The notes under the pieces: generated by a model
Told to the model about the DNA's origin: nothing
The model's database searches: none
What the model saw: the letters and a program-made list of their open reading frames with translations, nothing else
Shown: piece by piece, positions 37,095 through 47,500 of the stretch
How the letters are laid out: each line of letters opens with the position of its first letter
Numbering within the stretch: position 1 is the first letter of the stretch
Made by a program: the position numbers and the translations under genes
Assembly: GCA_043803745.1 (NCBI GenBank)
Contig: JAZDJS010000015.1
Location: 26,017-90,016 of the forward strand
DNA: 64,000 nt
From: an archaeon
GTDB lineage: Archaea > SpSt-1190 > DYHY01
Direction: 5' to 3'

Positions 37095-37120
37095 CTCAGT
37101 CTCTATAAATAGAGATTGAG
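37095..37120. promoter_or_regulatory. 26-bp palindrome enclosing the radA TATA box
   Basis: CTCAGTCTCTAT-AA-ATAGAGATTGAG, arms match 11/12, contains TATAAATA. Confidence 0.65.
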
Positions 37121-37136
37121 CCCAACCAAAGTTAAC

Positions 37137-38219
37137 ATGGCGAAGAAGACAGCAACATCGAAAGACGAAATAATCGAAACGGTTCCTTCAACGGAAAAAG
37201 AGGAAACTGTAGCCGCATCCGAAACAAAGCCCGAGGCAAAAGCGGAAGCCAAAGCATCCAAAAAGTCGAAAATAGAATCGGTTGCTGAGCTCCCAGGAGT
37301 CGGCGACAAGACAGCCGCGAAGCTTGCGGCGGCTGGGTATGTAGATCTTCTTGCGGTTGCTGCGGCATCTCCGGCAGAGCTTGCAGCAATAACCGAAATA
37401 GGGGACGCAACCTGCGCGAAAATAATTAACTCCGCCCGCGAACAGCTTGAGATAGGATTCGAGCCGGCCAGCGAGCTTCTTGAGAAAAGGAAGCTTGTCG
37501 GGCGGATAAAGACCGGGTCCAAAACTCTTGACGACCTCCTTGGCGGAGGAGTCCAGACACAGGCAATAACGGAATCATTCGCAGCATTCGGGTCTGGCAA
37601 GTCCCAGCTAGGGTTCCAGCTCGCGGTTAACGCAACCCTTCCGGTTGAGAAGGGCGGGCTTGCGGGACAGGTTGCTTTCATTGACACTGAGAACACCTTC
37701 CGCCCGGAGAGGATCATCCAGATAGCCGAAGCAAGGGGGGTTTCCCAGGATGAAATCCTTTCCAAGATAATAATCGCCCGTGCATATAACAGCGATCACC
37801 AAATGCTCCTCGTCGACCAGATTGAGGATATGATAAACAAGGGGAAGAAAATCAAGCTCATTGTAGTAGACTCCGTCACAAGCCATTTCAGAGCGGAATA
37901 CCTGGGTCGCGGCACGTTAGCCGACAGGCAGCAGAAGCTGAACCGCCACCTCCACAGGCTCCAGAGGCTTGCGGACGTCTACAATCTTGTCGTTTACATC
38001 ACAAACCAGGTTTCCGCAAAGCCGGATTCTTTCTGGGGACCCTCAATCGAGGCAATCGGGGGGAACGTCCTGGCCCATGCCGCGACATACCGGCTCTTCC
38101 TAAGGAAGTCGAAAGGAACGAAGCGGGTCGCGAAGCTGATAGATTCTCCCGACCTCCCCGAAGGAGAAGCGGTTTTCCAGGTTACTGAAAAAGGCGTCGA
38201 GGATGCGGAAGAAGAATAG
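37137..38219 (+). CDS. radA: DNA repair and recombination protein RadA
   Basis: Hh[44 protein letters not shown] and [10 protein letters not shown] motifs. Confidence 0.97.
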   Translation: MAKKTATSKDEIIETVPSTEKEETVAASETKPEAKAEAKASKKSKIESVAELPGVGDKTAAKLAAAGYVDLLAVAAASPAELAAITEIGDATCAKIINSAREQLEIGFEPASELLEKRKLVGRIKTGSKTLDDLLGGGVQTQAITESFAAFGSGKSQLGFQLAVNATLPVEKGGLAGQVAFIDTENTFRPERIIQIAEARGVSQDEILSKIIIARAYNSDHQMLLVDQIEDMINKGKKIKLIVVDSVTSHFRAEYLGRGTLADRQQKLNRHLHRLQRLADVYNLVVYITNQVSAKPDSFWGPSIEAIGGNVLAHAATYRLFLRKSKGTKRVAKLIDSPDLPEGEAVFQVTEKGVEDAEEE

Positions 38220-38286
38220 TCAGGAAGAGAAGATTGCAAAGCCAACAAGCAACCATCGAGATGCTAGAAGGTTTCCGCAAGCATGA

Positions 38287-38991
38287 CTACTGATCCGGCG
38301 ACGGGACAGGATTCGCGCTTTCATCCGTTTTCTCGCCGGAAGAAGCAGCCGGAACCGGCTCGCTTTCTTTCAGGACCTCTTCAGAGAACGGATTTCCCGG
38401 AGTCGGAGGCTCCTCGAAAGGTTCCTGCGGGATTTCCGGAGCCTCTTTCGCACCTTCCCCAAGCCGCGTGTACTTGTACTTGTTTGTGACAGGATCCCGG
38501 AGGCGCGCGACCTTTCCGATTGACCGGAGATGCCGCAGGCGCGCAGCGGTATACCCGTAGCTTTTCCTGATGTTGTCGGAAATCTCCTCAATTGATTTCG
38601 GATAGTCAAGGAACTTGATTACTGCGTTGTCAATGTCAAGATCCTCTATTGTCTTCCGCGCAAGCTCCCGTTCGTACGGGGTCAGGTTCTCAAGAAGGAG
38701 CTGGAGCCGTGAAACACGCGTCCCGTCGTCCGCGAGCGGCTTGAGTTCCTCGTAAATTGAGAAAACCCCCTGGAGAATGTAATTTATTTTTTCGGAATCT
38801 GAAAGGAACCTCAAATCCTCCCTCGGGAGGCGCCAGTCAGATGGCTTTTGGAATTTCGGAGGGGTCTGCAGGTGAGGTGGGATTGCGGGCTTTTCAGTTC
38901 CCGTAGAAGTAAAAGTGCCGGGTTCACCCTTTCCAGCTCCAGCAGGTTTCTCTTGCGCCTTCCTCAGACCGAGCCATTCGAGGATTCCCAT
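38287..38991 (-). CDS. hypothetical protein with wHTH-like domain
   Basis: KSIEEISDNIRKSYGYTAARLRHL...GKV.R; disordered termini. Confidence 0.6.
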   Translation of the reverse strand: MGILEWLGLRKAQEKPAGAGKGEPGTFTSTGTEKPAIPPHLQTPPKFQKPSDWRLPREDLRFLSDSEKINYILQGVFSIYEELKPLADDGTRVSRLQLLLENLTPYERELARKTIEDLDIDNAVIKFLDYPKSIEEISDNIRKSYGYTAARLRHLRSIGKVARLRDPVTNKYKYTRLGEGAKEAPEIPQEPFEEPPTPGNPFSEEVLKESEPVPAASSGEKTDESANPVPSPDQ

Positions 38992-39047
38992 ATATTCCCA
39001 AATAAGCCCCCTCTGGCTTTTTATATTGTGTCGTTCCTGAAGCTTTC

Positions 39048-39716
39048 ATGGACCGCCTCCTTTCCGAAGCAATTTTTCTGATGAAGCTGAAGACAATAAG
39101 GCGGGCTGGTTGGGTGAGGGCCGGGATTCCCTACCCTGAATCTGTCGCAGCCCATTCCTACGGAGCCGCCGCCCTCGCGCTGCTGTTCGGAAAGTTTTTC
39201 CCAGATGTTGACGGACACAAGCTCCTGAAAATGGCGGTTTTCCACGACATCGGGGAAGCAGCCACAGGGATAGATTTCGTCAAGGATCGGGGTCGGGAAA
39301 TCAACTGGGAAAAGCGGGTTTCGACAGCGGAAAGGGAGGCTGCCGCCCTCGCTGGCAAGGTAAGCAAACGCATCCTCAAGATTTTCGTTGAAATGGAGAC
39401 GCAGAAAACCCCCGAAGCAAGGGCACTTAAAGAAATCGAAAAATTCGACATGGCCCTGACCGCATTCATCTACGAGCGGCACAAGACCGGAAAGAACCTC
39501 CAGGAATTCTACGATTCTGCGGCAGTCTGGATAAAGAACCAGAAATTGAAGAATCTGTTCGAAGAGCTCCTTTCCAAAAGAACAAGAAGTCACTCCGCCC
39601 GGAAAGCCTCGACAGGGTCAAGGCCAGCTGCCCGCCTTGCCGGAAGTATCCCGCCAAGAACACCGAGGAAAAGCGCGAAGAAGAACGCCTCGACAATCGT
39701 GAAAACGCCCACATAG
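39048..39716 (+). CDS. HD-domain phosphohydrolase (HDDC2/YfbR-like)
   Basis: LK..RRAGW, ESVAAHSY, FHDIGEA and T.EAR..K..EK.DM motifs; 3' end overlaps the convergent gene. Confidence 0.88.
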   Translation: MDRLLSEAIFLMKLKTIRRAGWVRAGIPYPESVAAHSYGAAALALLFGKFFPDVDGHKLLKMAVFHDIGEAATGIDFVKDRGREINWEKRVSTAEREAAALAGKVSKRILKIFVEMETQKTPEARALKEIEKFDMALTAFIYERHKTGKNLQEFYDSAAVWIKNQKLKNLFEELLSKRTRSHSARKASTGSRPAARLAGSIPPRTPRKSAKKNASTIVKTPT

Positions 39717-40771
39717 GGGACAAACGTCCCTCCGACAAGCTTCGGAAGGAGCCCGTAGGAAACGAAAAGACCAAGCCCAATGCCCATAAGCGCCCCGAAG
39801 CTGCTTATTATCAAACATTCCGTAATTACAAGGAGGACAATTTCCGAACTTTTCCACCCGACCGCCTTGAGTATCCCGAACTCTTTCGTCCTCTCGGCAA
39901 CCGACATTATCATCGAGTTCGCAATCCCAATCCCCCCTATTATCGCGGCAAGCCCGGCAATGACCCACGTTGCGACGCGGAGCGTGTCGGTGAAGCTTGA
40001 AAGCTGTTTTACAACCATGCGGCCGAAGCTCGGGTCAACCCCGGGCACGAGCATCTTTATCTTGCGCTCGATTTCCTCGCTCTGCGCGGGATTCTCCGGG
40101 ACCGCCCTTGCGAATGAAATTTTGTAGGAAGGCATTGAAAGCATTTTCCGCGCCTGCTCAATGTCGATCACAAGGTCGTTCGCTCCCGAAGATCCCAGTT
40201 CGTAAATCCCCACAACATTGAACTCGTAGACTTCCCCCTTGTTCTCACCGTTCACGAGCTTGACGTTTATCGTGCTTCCGACTTTTATGTCGCTGTCCCG
40301 GACAATGTCAATCCCTACAAGAACGCCATCAGTTTCTCCGGACTTTAGGGATCTTCCAGCAACAACCTTGGTATATTCGCTGCTGGACCGTCTCTCCTTG
40401 TCCGGGTCGACGCCGATTATTCCCGCGATTCCTCCGACAAAAGGTATCGAGCTCCTATAATCCTCTATCTCGACGGTTCCGACGACAAGCGGAGTTGCGA
40501 AAAGGACTCCCGGAATTTTCTCAATATTGTCGATTACTTTCGCATCAAGCTCCCCGTATCCCCCGGTTGCCGGGTTCACGCCTTTCTGGATCACAAGTAT
40601 GTTTGTCCCCATCGTCCTCGAAAGGTCGTCGGTAAGCCTCTGGAGCCCGTCCGAAACCGAGACAAGGGAGACAATCATCGCAATCCCGAGGAGAATGCCG
40701 AGGGCGGAAAGAGATGTCCTGATCTTCCTTTTCGAAAGGTTCCGTAGGGCGAGCGTGTGGTAGAAAATCAT
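39590..40771 (-). CDS. ABC transporter permease (MacB/FtsX-like)
   Basis: RT.LS.LGI..G, GIANSMIMSV.ERTKEFGILKAVGW and PARRAA.LDPVEA motifs. Confidence 0.92.
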   Translation of the reverse strand: MIFYHTLALRNLSKRKIRTSLSALGILLGIAMIVSLVSVSDGLQRLTDDLSRTMGTNILVIQKGVNPATGGYGELDAKVIDNIEKIPGVLFATPLVVGTVEIEDYRSSIPFVGGIAGIIGVDPDKERRSSSEYTKVVAGRSLKSGETDGVLVGIDIVRDSDIKVGSTINVKLVNGENKGEVYEFNVVGIYELGSSGANDLVIDIEQARKMLSMPSYKISFARAVPENPAQSEEIERKIKMLVPGVDPSFGRMVVKQLSSFTDTLRVATWVIAGLAAIIGGIGIANSMIMSVAERTKEFGILKAVGWKSSEIVLLVITECLIISSFGALMGIGLGLFVSYGLLPKLVGGTFVPYVGVFTIVEAFFFALFLGVLGGILPARRAAGLDPVEAFRAE

Positions 40772-41502
40772 TTTTCCGAGCCACCGCCGCTGACAATCAG
40801 GCCATCCTGGAGGCGAATCTTCCTCCTTGCATAGCTTGCGATGTTCGGGTCGTGGGTGACCATTATTATTGTTGTCAAATCATTCTCGTTGATATCTGAG
40901 AGGAGGGAAAGGATTTCCCCGCCAGTCTTGCTGTCCAACTGGCCCGTGGGCTCATCGGCAAGGACGATGTCAGGGGAATTTATCAAAGCGCGGGCAATCG
41001 CGACCCGCTGGTTCTGGCCTCCTGAAAGTTCGCTCGGTCTCCTTTCAAGCTTGTCCCCAAGGTCAAAGCGCTTAAGGAGCGAAATAGCCCTTTCCCGATA
41101 GCCGTCCTCGACATCGCCAAAGGGCATTACCGGAACGAGGACGTTCTCAAGGACATTCAGCGTCGATATCAGGTTGAACGTCTGGAAAATTATCCCAACG
41201 TTCTCCCTCCTGAACTCGGAAAGTTCGTCATCTTCAAGCTCCCCGAGATTCTTGCCGCAGACGGAAACCCGTCCTTCGGTCGGCCTGTCAACCCCCCCGA
41301 CAAGGTGGAGGAGCGTGCTTTTCCCGCACCCAGAAGGGCCCATTATCGTCACGAATTCCCCTTTCTTCACAGTTATGTCAACCCCCCCGAGAGCCCAGAC
41401 TTTTCCGACTTCGTAGAACTTTTTCACCCCCGAAACAGTTACAATAATCTCAGGCTTTTTCGTTTTCTCAGTCGACAACCCTAAACGCCTCCACAGGTTC
41501 AA
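40768..41502 (-). CDS. ABC transporter ATP-binding protein (LolD/MacB-like)
   Basis: GPSGCGKST, LSGGQNQRVAIARAL, LADEPTG.LD and VTHD motifs. Confidence 0.95.
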   Translation of the reverse strand: MNLWRRLGLSTEKTKKPEIIVTVSGVKKFYEVGKVWALGGVDITVKKGEFVTIMGPSGCGKSTLLHLVGGVDRPTEGRVSVCGKNLGELEDDELSEFRRENVGIIFQTFNLISTLNVLENVLVPVMPFGDVEDGYRERAISLLKRFDLGDKLERRPSELSGGQNQRVAIARALINSPDIVLADEPTGQLDSKTGGEILSLLSDINENDLTTIIMVTHDPNIASYARRKIRLQDGLIVSGGGSEK

Positions 41503-42643
41503 GCGATGCGGCTTTTCTTGCGGGAATCAATCCTCCAACAAGTCCGAGGAAAATGGCAAAACCAACTGCCTGAAGAACAATCTGCCAGGTCAGTACGGGC
41601 GTCAGCGCGCCCTTGAATACCTGGGGAAGCGCTATCTGCGTTGAGAAGAGCCCGACTGCAAGCCCCATCGCAGCACCTACAACGCTTATCCCAACGCTTT
41701 CGGCAACGATAAGCTTCATTACATCTCCGTTGAGCCAGCCGACAGCCTTGAGAACTCCGATTTCCTTCGTCTGTTCCATAACGGACATTATCATTGTGTT
41801 GAGTATCCCGACGCCACCTATGAATGCAGCGATCCCGGCAATCACCCAGGTGACCGTCTGGAGCGTTGACGTGAATGTCGAAAGCGTTGAGACAAAAGCC
41901 CTTGCATAGCTAGGGTCTGCGTTGTTAATCAGGAGTTTAATCTTCCTCTCAAGGAGTTCTGTCTGCCCCGGGCTTGTTGGGAGGACCTGCACAGCGTTTA
42001 TCCTGTAGTTCGGAAGGTTCCCCACGCTCTGGACCTCTGCGAACGGAACAACAAGGTTGTCAGATGTTTCGCCGCCGCTTTCACTCTCGTAAATCCCGAC
42101 AACATCGTAATCATAATCTTCCCCTTCAAAAGAGAATGTTACCGAATCCCCGATTCTCTTGTTCATGGCATTGGCAAGGACCCTCCCAATTACCGCGCTC
42201 CCCCGCTCATCTTCCTTCAGGAACCTGCCTGCAACTATCTTCGTATATGTGCTCGAGAGCCGCCTCTCCTTGTCCGGGTCGACGCCCACAAGCCCAGCCG
42301 CGCCGCCCCCGCCGCCAAAAATCCCGCCCCCGCTCCGATATCCCTCAACGGTTCCGATTAGGAGGATCTGCGGAGCTGCAAGCTGCACACCCGGTATTTT
42401 CTCAATATCCTCGATAACCGAGATGTCAAGGTTGCTTGTGCTGGGAGGTCCGAATGTCCCTTCAGCAACAACGTAAATAGTGCCCCCTATCGAGCTTGCG
42501 AACTCGTCAGTTGTCCTTTTCAATCCCTGGGAAACCGAAACAAGGGAAATGATCATTGCAACGCCTATCATTATCCCTAGGGCAGAAAGGAAGGTCCGAA
42601 GCTTCCTCTTGGTAAGGTTGCGTATTGCGAGGGTATAGTACAT
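41468..42643 (-). CDS. ABC transporter permease (MacB/FtsX-like), paralog of 39590-40771
   Basis: same architecture; shares the GVDPDKERR motif. Confidence 0.92.
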   Translation of the reverse strand: MYYTLAIRNLTKRKLRTFLSALGIMIGVAMIISLVSVSQGLKRTTDEFASSIGGTIYVVAEGTFGPPSTSNLDISVIEDIEKIPGVQLAAPQILLIGTVEGYRSGGGIFGGGGGAAGLVGVDPDKERRLSSTYTKIVAGRFLKEDERGSAVIGRVLANAMNKRIGDSVTFSFEGEDYDYDVVGIYESESGGETSDNLVVPFAEVQSVGNLPNYRINAVQVLPTSPGQTELLERKIKLLINNADPSYARAFVSTLSTFTSTLQTVTWVIAGIAAFIGGVGILNTMIMSVMEQTKEIGVLKAVGWLNGDVMKLIVAESVGISVVGAAMGLAVGLFSTQIALPQVFKGALTPVLTWQIVLQAVGFAIFLGLVGGLIPARKAASLEPVEAFRVVD

Positions 42644-42645
42644 GT

Positions 42646-43884
42646 CTACTTCTTCATCGATCCGCGCCGCTTCCGGAAGAAAAAGAACCAGACTGCGATT
42701 GCAATCCCGGCCACTACAAGGATGATCGTCGTCACCGAGGGACCGCCTGCCGCGGCAATCCCGACCTCAACAGTTATCTCGCCGTTTTCAGTGAAGGAGT
42801 GCTCGCCGAAATCGTCGGTATATGTTACCCTGAACGCAACCGGGACGGTTGTTTTGGCAAGGACCGGTCCGGCATATGTCATCTCGAACAGGGCAACATC
42901 CTTGTCGCCAGCCTTTATCGTCCCAAGATATGCGCTTTTCTGCCCGGAAATCCTGCCGTTCTCGCCTATGAATTCGACAGTAACGCTCTTGCCCTCATTC
43001 TTTCCTGTGTTCTCGACCGTTGCGGAAAGAAGGAATGCCTTGTCAGGGATTACGTTTACCGGGTCTGTCTGCACCTTGGGCAGGGTGAGAAGCGCCTTTG
43101 AAACAACGACAAGCCCGATTCCGCTTTCCGAGGTTTGCCCGGAGTAGGTTATCTCAAGCGGGAAATTGTAAACGCCAGCTTCGACATTCTTGTCAGTGGC
43201 GAGCCTGAAAACGAATTCCTTCGCCTCCCCGACCCCGAGGCTTCCAATCGGGAATTCCGTTCCGGAGCCTATTACCGAGAATCTTCCCTTCGTATCTCCA
43301 GTAAGGACGGGAATTGTTAGCTTTGCCGCGCCGTTCAATGCCGGAGCGCTTCCAATGTTCTTGACAACCATCGTTACAGTCGCGGTTTTCCCCGGCTCTA
43401 TTTCCTCCGGAGCGTATGAGACGAAGGTGACGACAACTTTGGGGCTTCCCTGGACCGAGACGGTGAACTCCTTTTCCCTTGAGCCCCCGCTCCATTCCGC
43501 AACGACCTTGATCAGGTAATCCCCTGAAATCGCCTTTTCATCAACCTTGATCGAGTATTTCGTTTCAAAGTTGCAGATGGCGCAGATCGGGCCGACGTTC
43601 TGGACGGCCATGTCGGTGTTCTTCAGGACAAAATCGTCCGGAAGGATGATTTTGACAATCACCTCGCTCGCGGGAGTCGTTGCCCAGTTCTGGGTGATTA
43701 CGTTGAAGTTGAGGTTCCCTCCGGGAGTCACCGCAGCCGGATCGATCCGGCTTGAAATGAAAATTATGTCCGGGTTGCTTGATGGCGGCGCAGCAGCAAG
43801 CCCCCCGGCGACAAGCCCGCACACGAAAACCGCGAAAAACGCAAAAAGCAAGCCGGCAATCTTTCTTTTCTCAACGAAGCTCAT
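42646..43884 (-). CDS. COG1361 S-layer/CARDB-domain protein
   Basis: signal peptide, Ig-like repeats (V.N.G...A, G.Y...L.ITY), C-terminal TM plus RKRR. Confidence 0.8.
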   Translation of the reverse strand: MSFVEKRKIAGLLFAFFAVFVCGLVAGGLAAAPPSSNPDIIFISSRIDPAAVTPGGNLNFNVITQNWATTPASEVIVKIILPDDFVLKNTDMAVQNVGPICAICNFETKYSIKVDEKAISGDYLIKVVAEWSGGSREKEFTVSVQGSPKVVVTFVSYAPEEIEPGKTATVTMVVKNIGSAPALNGAAKLTIPVLTGDTKGRFSVIGSGTEFPIGSLGVGEAKEFVFRLATDKNVEAGVYNFPLEITYSGQTSESGIGLVVVSKALLTLPKVQTDPVNVIPDKAFLLSATVENTGKNEGKSVTVEFIGENGRISGQKSAYLGTIKAGDKDVALFEMTYAGPVLAKTTVPVAFRVTYTDDFGEHSFTENGEITVEVGIAAAGGPSVTTIILVVAGIAIAVWFFFFRKRRGSMKK

Positions 43885-45116
43885 TTCCTTGTTTCACTCC
43901 CTTTTTTCGATTTAGTTCTCCTGAATTTAAAAAAGAGGCCTATTGCCAGGACAACTCCTGCAATCCCGAAAAACAGGTAGTTTGCCGGGAATCCCCCCAC
44001 GACCGAAACTCGCACCTCGAGAATCTCCGATTTCCTCTGGGCCTGTTCCTCGAAGCTCGCGGCAATTTGCACCGGATAGTCCTGGAGGGCGCCCTTGGAA
44101 TCCACATCAACGGTGAAAAGCGCAACGCGCTCCTCTCCCGGAGGAAGGGACTCTATTATCGAACTCCGCCCGGACGGCGTAAGCGGATAGTCGGTTATCA
44201 GGGAAAGCCGAACGTTTTCCGCAGCGGAATTCCCGACGTTCCGTATCCGCACTTCAAGTTTCTGTTCGTTTTTCCCGGAGACAAGCTTCCCAGAAGTCCC
44301 GGAAATCTCAAGGTCTGCCGTTTTCCCGAGGAAGACCATTTCATGTTCGGAAAGGACCCCCCCATCGAAGCTGACTTCAATTGGAAGCACGAACCCGGTT
44401 CTTCCCGGAACTTTGTCAGGGGAGAAACTCACCTGGAACGCCGATTTTCCATTCGGCAATAGCTCCCCGATGAAAATCTCCCTTGATGCAGAGCTTATGT
44501 CAACAGCTTCCGGCTCGGCAATCTTCACATGGACGTTCCGCGCAATATCGGTCCCGTTGTTATGCAGCTCGAACGAAAGCAGCGTTTCCCTTCCCGCTTC
44601 AATGATTCCAGGAACGGATGACTTTTGGGTGAGAACAAGCGAGGGCGCGCCCGAAACCTCCACATAGAAATAGTCCGATGCTGAAAGCGTTTGCAGGGAA
44701 TTGACAACGCTTCCGGAAAAGCTTGCCCCGCTAAGGGTTTTTGATTCGCTCGTTATGGTGACGGGTATTGAGTAGACCCCGGCAACAAGGTTGTCGTCCG
44801 CCCTGAATGAAAGCGCCCCGGGAACGGCGGAGTTCCGCTCAACCTCCCCGTTGCTTGACCAGGTGTCCCCGCCGACAGGCATGAAATTGCTCGAGGAGGC
44901 GGCTTTCACAACAACGTATCTCAGGCGGTCGTTCAGCGTGTTATGCACCTGGAAGTTCACTGAGAACACCTCCCCGGCCCCGACTTGCCCGACTCGCACG
45001 TTCTCAATCTGCGCAAAGCCCGCCGGGAAGCCGGCCGCCAAGGTCAGCATCAACCCGATAAAAGCCACCGCAACAAAGCCAATTGTCCTTTTTCCATAAG
45101 TTCTCATTTTTACCAT
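43881..45116 (-). CDS. COG1361 S-layer/CARDB-domain protein
   Basis: start at MVKMRT with GGAGG upstream; Ig-like repeats; C-terminal TM plus basic tail. Confidence 0.8.
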   Translation of the reverse strand: MVKMRTYGKRTIGFVAVAFIGLMLTLAAGFPAGFAQIENVRVGQVGAGEVFSVNFQVHNTLNDRLRYVVVKAASSSNFMPVGGDTWSSNGEVERNSAVPGALSFRADDNLVAGVYSIPVTITSESKTLSGASFSGSVVNSLQTLSASDYFYVEVSGAPSLVLTQKSSVPGIIEAGRETLLSFELHNNGTDIARNVHVKIAEPEAVDISSASREIFIGELLPNGKSAFQVSFSPDKVPGRTGFVLPIEVSFDGGVLSEHEMVFLGKTADLEISGTSGKLVSGKNEQKLEVRIRNVGNSAAENVRLSLITDYPLTPSGRSSIIESLPPGEERVALFTVDVDSKGALQDYPVQIAASFEEQAQRKSEILEVRVSVVGGFPANYLFFGIAGVVLAIGLFFKFRRTKSKKGSETRK

Positions 45117-45415
45117 TCCTCCTTGTTTGAATATCCTATCCGGCCGCCAGTTTCTCTGCTGTTGTTCTTGAAGAACCCGCTGACGAAGCCCAGCGCCGCG
45201 CCAACAGTCGTCAAGTCGGTCACCGGGAGGCCGAGCTGGCCGAACCCCGCCCGGACTGCGGGGCCTATTACCGGTGCAATCTGCACGAACCATCCTGCAA
45301 CAGCCCCGAACAGGGCGCCCAGTATTGCATAGACGAACAGAAACACGAGCCCAGTCATCGCAACCGCGGCGGTGACGAGGCTCTCCAAGAAAAACCACTT
45401 CATTTTCGTTGCCAT
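45110..45415 (-). CDS. small membrane protein
   Basis: 101 aa, hydrophobic, inside the operon. Confidence 0.7.
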   Translation of the reverse strand: MATKMKWFFLESLVTAAVAMTGLVFLFVYAILGALFGAVAGWFVQIAPVIGPAVRAGFGQLGLPVTDLTTVGAALGFVSGFFKNNSRETGGRIGYSNKEEW

Positions 45416-45419
45416 TTTT

Positions 45420-46502
45420 TCATTCCACGCTCCGTTTGAAGGACTTTATTCCGAATATCAGCATGCCGAGCCCGAGAAGGGCAAGTATGCTGAGGTCGAA
45501 CGATACAGATGAGATTGTGAAACCCCTTATCATTATGTTCCGCGCGGCTCGGGTCGCATAGGTGAGTGGGCTTATTGCAGCCAAGGGCTTCAGCCACCAG
45601 ACCATTGATTCAATCGGATAGAATGTTCCGCTGACGAACCAAAGCGGCATGATTATCAACTGCATTGTCATCATCCAGGCCTGGAAATCGTTGATATACG
45701 CGGTCATCGCAATCCCTAGACCTATGAAGCAGAACGCAATTAGGAACATCAGAATGACGAGGAAAGCGAGCCCGACAAGCCCGGTCTTTATTTTCGCCCC
45801 AAGGAAGAATGCTATAACTACAGCAGTGAGCCCGCTTGTCATGGACATCGTCACGGCCGAGAGTATTTTCCCGAGTATTATCGAGGTTTTCGAAATCGGC
45901 GCAACAAGGAGCTGATTGAAAACCCCGAGCTGCTTTTCGAAGAGCAGGCTCACGCCCCCGGAGAAGAGCGCGCCCATTGCAATCGTCTGGATTATGACGC
46001 CCGGAGCAAGGAAGTCAAGATAGCTTGCGCCCCTTGCGTAATGCACGTCCTTCCGTATCTCGAGGGAGACCCTCCTTTCCGAAAGGGCCGAGTTCACGAC
46101 GCCCACTATGGCGGATGAAACCGCAGGGGAAGACTGGTCAACAAGTAGGTTGATCTGCTGGACGCCTGCCGGGATAACCACAACCGCGTAAACTTCCCGC
46201 GCCTCGAACATTTCAAGGGCGCGTTCGTAGCTCGGGACCGCGGCAATCCTGACGACGTTCCCCACTTGCAGGGCGTTCGTTATCTGGAGCGCCTGGCTCC
46301 CTCCGTCAAGGTCGACGACCGCGACCGGCAGGTCATATATTGACCCTCCAAAGGCGTTCGCGAAAATCAAGAGGTAAATCAGCGGGAAGATAAGCGCTCT
46401 TGAAATTACGACAAAGGGTTTCTTCAGCCAGACCCTTGTGTCCTTCTCCCAGACCGTGAGGACGTCCTGCAGAATCGCCCGCCAGCCTTCCGGGTTTCTC
46501 AT
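45420..46502 (-). CDS. ABC-2 type exporter permease
   Basis: LPVAVVDLD, YLDFLAPG, LLVAPIS, SG.FYP and PLTYA motifs. Confidence 0.92.
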   Translation of the reverse strand: MRNPEGWRAILQDVLTVWEKDTRVWLKKPFVVISRALIFPLIYLLIFANAFGGSIYDLPVAVVDLDGGSQALQITNALQVGNVVRIAAVPSYERALEMFEAREVYAVVVIPAGVQQINLLVDQSSPAVSSAIVGVVNSALSERRVSLEIRKDVHYARGASYLDFLAPGVIIQTIAMGALFSGGVSLLFEKQLGVFNQLLVAPISKTSIILGKILSAVTMSMTSGLTAVVIAFFLGAKIKTGLVGLAFLVILMFLIAFCFIGLGIAMTAYINDFQAWMMTMQLIIMPLWFVSGTFYPIESMVWWLKPLAAISPLTYATRAARNIMIRGFTISSVSFDLSILALLGLGMLIFGIKSFKRSVE

Positions 46503-47500
46503 CAGCTCCCTTTCAGCCTCCTTGCAAGGGCATGCGTAAGCTGGAGCCCGTCGGACTTTTCATCCCTGACTTCCCTTCCGGTATAATGGAGGAAAACGTC
46601 CTCCATTGTCGGCTTGCGTTCGTAAATTTCGGAGATTTCGGCGCGCGCAGTCCCCGCAATGTGCGCAATCTTTTTCACGGCTCCGGTTTTGCCTGAGGAA
46701 ATCCTTATGCGCCCCTTTGAAAGCAGCTCGGGCGAGAAGCCCCCTTTCTCCAGGAGCGTGACAAGCAAATCTTCCCTTCCGGAAACCACCTCGAACTCCA
46801 CTATCTCGGAGATACCAATGCTTTTCTTGAGCTCAAGGGGCGTGCCAATTGCGATTATCTTCCCGTGGTCCATTATCGCAATCCTGTTGCAGAGCGCCTC
46901 AGCCTCCTGCATGTAATGCGTTGTTATGAAAATCGTTATTCCTCGGCTCCTCCCGATTTCGAAGATTTTCTTCCAAATCATCTCCCGCGACTGCGGATCG
47001 AGCCCTATTGTCGGCTCGTCTAGAAATATTACTTCCGGGTCGGAAATGAAGACCTTGGCAATTTCCAGCCGCCGCTTCATCCCCCCAGAGAAAAACCTGA
47101 CCTGAATCTTCCTCTTCTCCGTCAGGTCGACGAAATCAAGTGCTGCGCCAATGCGCCTTTCCAGCGAACTTTCCGGAACATGATAGAGCTTTCCGTAGAA
47201 GCGGAGGTTTTCTTCGGCAGTCAGGTCCCCGTCGGCGCTCCCTTCCTGGGAAATGAGAGAGATTCTCTCCCGCACCTTTTCCGGATTTTTAGACACCTCC
47301 GCCCCGGCAACGAACGCAGTTCCTTTCGATGGGGAGAGAAGGGTTGTCAGCACGTTTATTGTCGTGCTTTTTCCGGCTCCGTTCGGCCCGAGGAAACCGA
47401 AAATCTCCCCTTTCCTGACCGAGAAGGAAATCCCATCGACTGCGGTGAAGCGTCCGAACTTCTTGACCAGATTCTCCGCGGACACCGAGATTCTGCTCAT
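46502..47500 (-). CDS. ABC exporter ATP-binding protein (DrrA-like)
   Basis: GPNGAGKST, FSGGMKRRL, LDEPTIGLDP and TTHYM motifs. Confidence 0.95.
   Translation of the reverse strand: MSRISVSAENLVKKFGRFTAVDGISFSVRKGEIFGFLGPNGAGKSTTINVLTTLLSPSKGTAFVAGAEVSKNPEKVRERISLISQEGSADGDLTAEENLRFYGKLYHVPESSLERRIGAALDFVDLTEKRKIQVRFFSGGMKRRLEIAKVFISDPEVIFLDEPTIGLDPQSREMIWKKIFEIGRSRGITIFITTHYMQEAEALCNRIAIMDHGKIIAIGTPLELKKSIGISEIVEFEVVSGREDLLVTLLEKGGFSPELLSKGRIRISSGKTGAVKKIAHIAGTARAEISEIYERKPTMEDVFLHYTGREVRDEKSDGLQLTHALARRLKGS

Noticed and set aside
45117-45398. N-terminal extension of the 505-aa S-layer ORF
   Set aside because: Overlaps the 45110-45415 membrane gene in another frame; signal peptide and RBS indicate a start at 45116 or 45107
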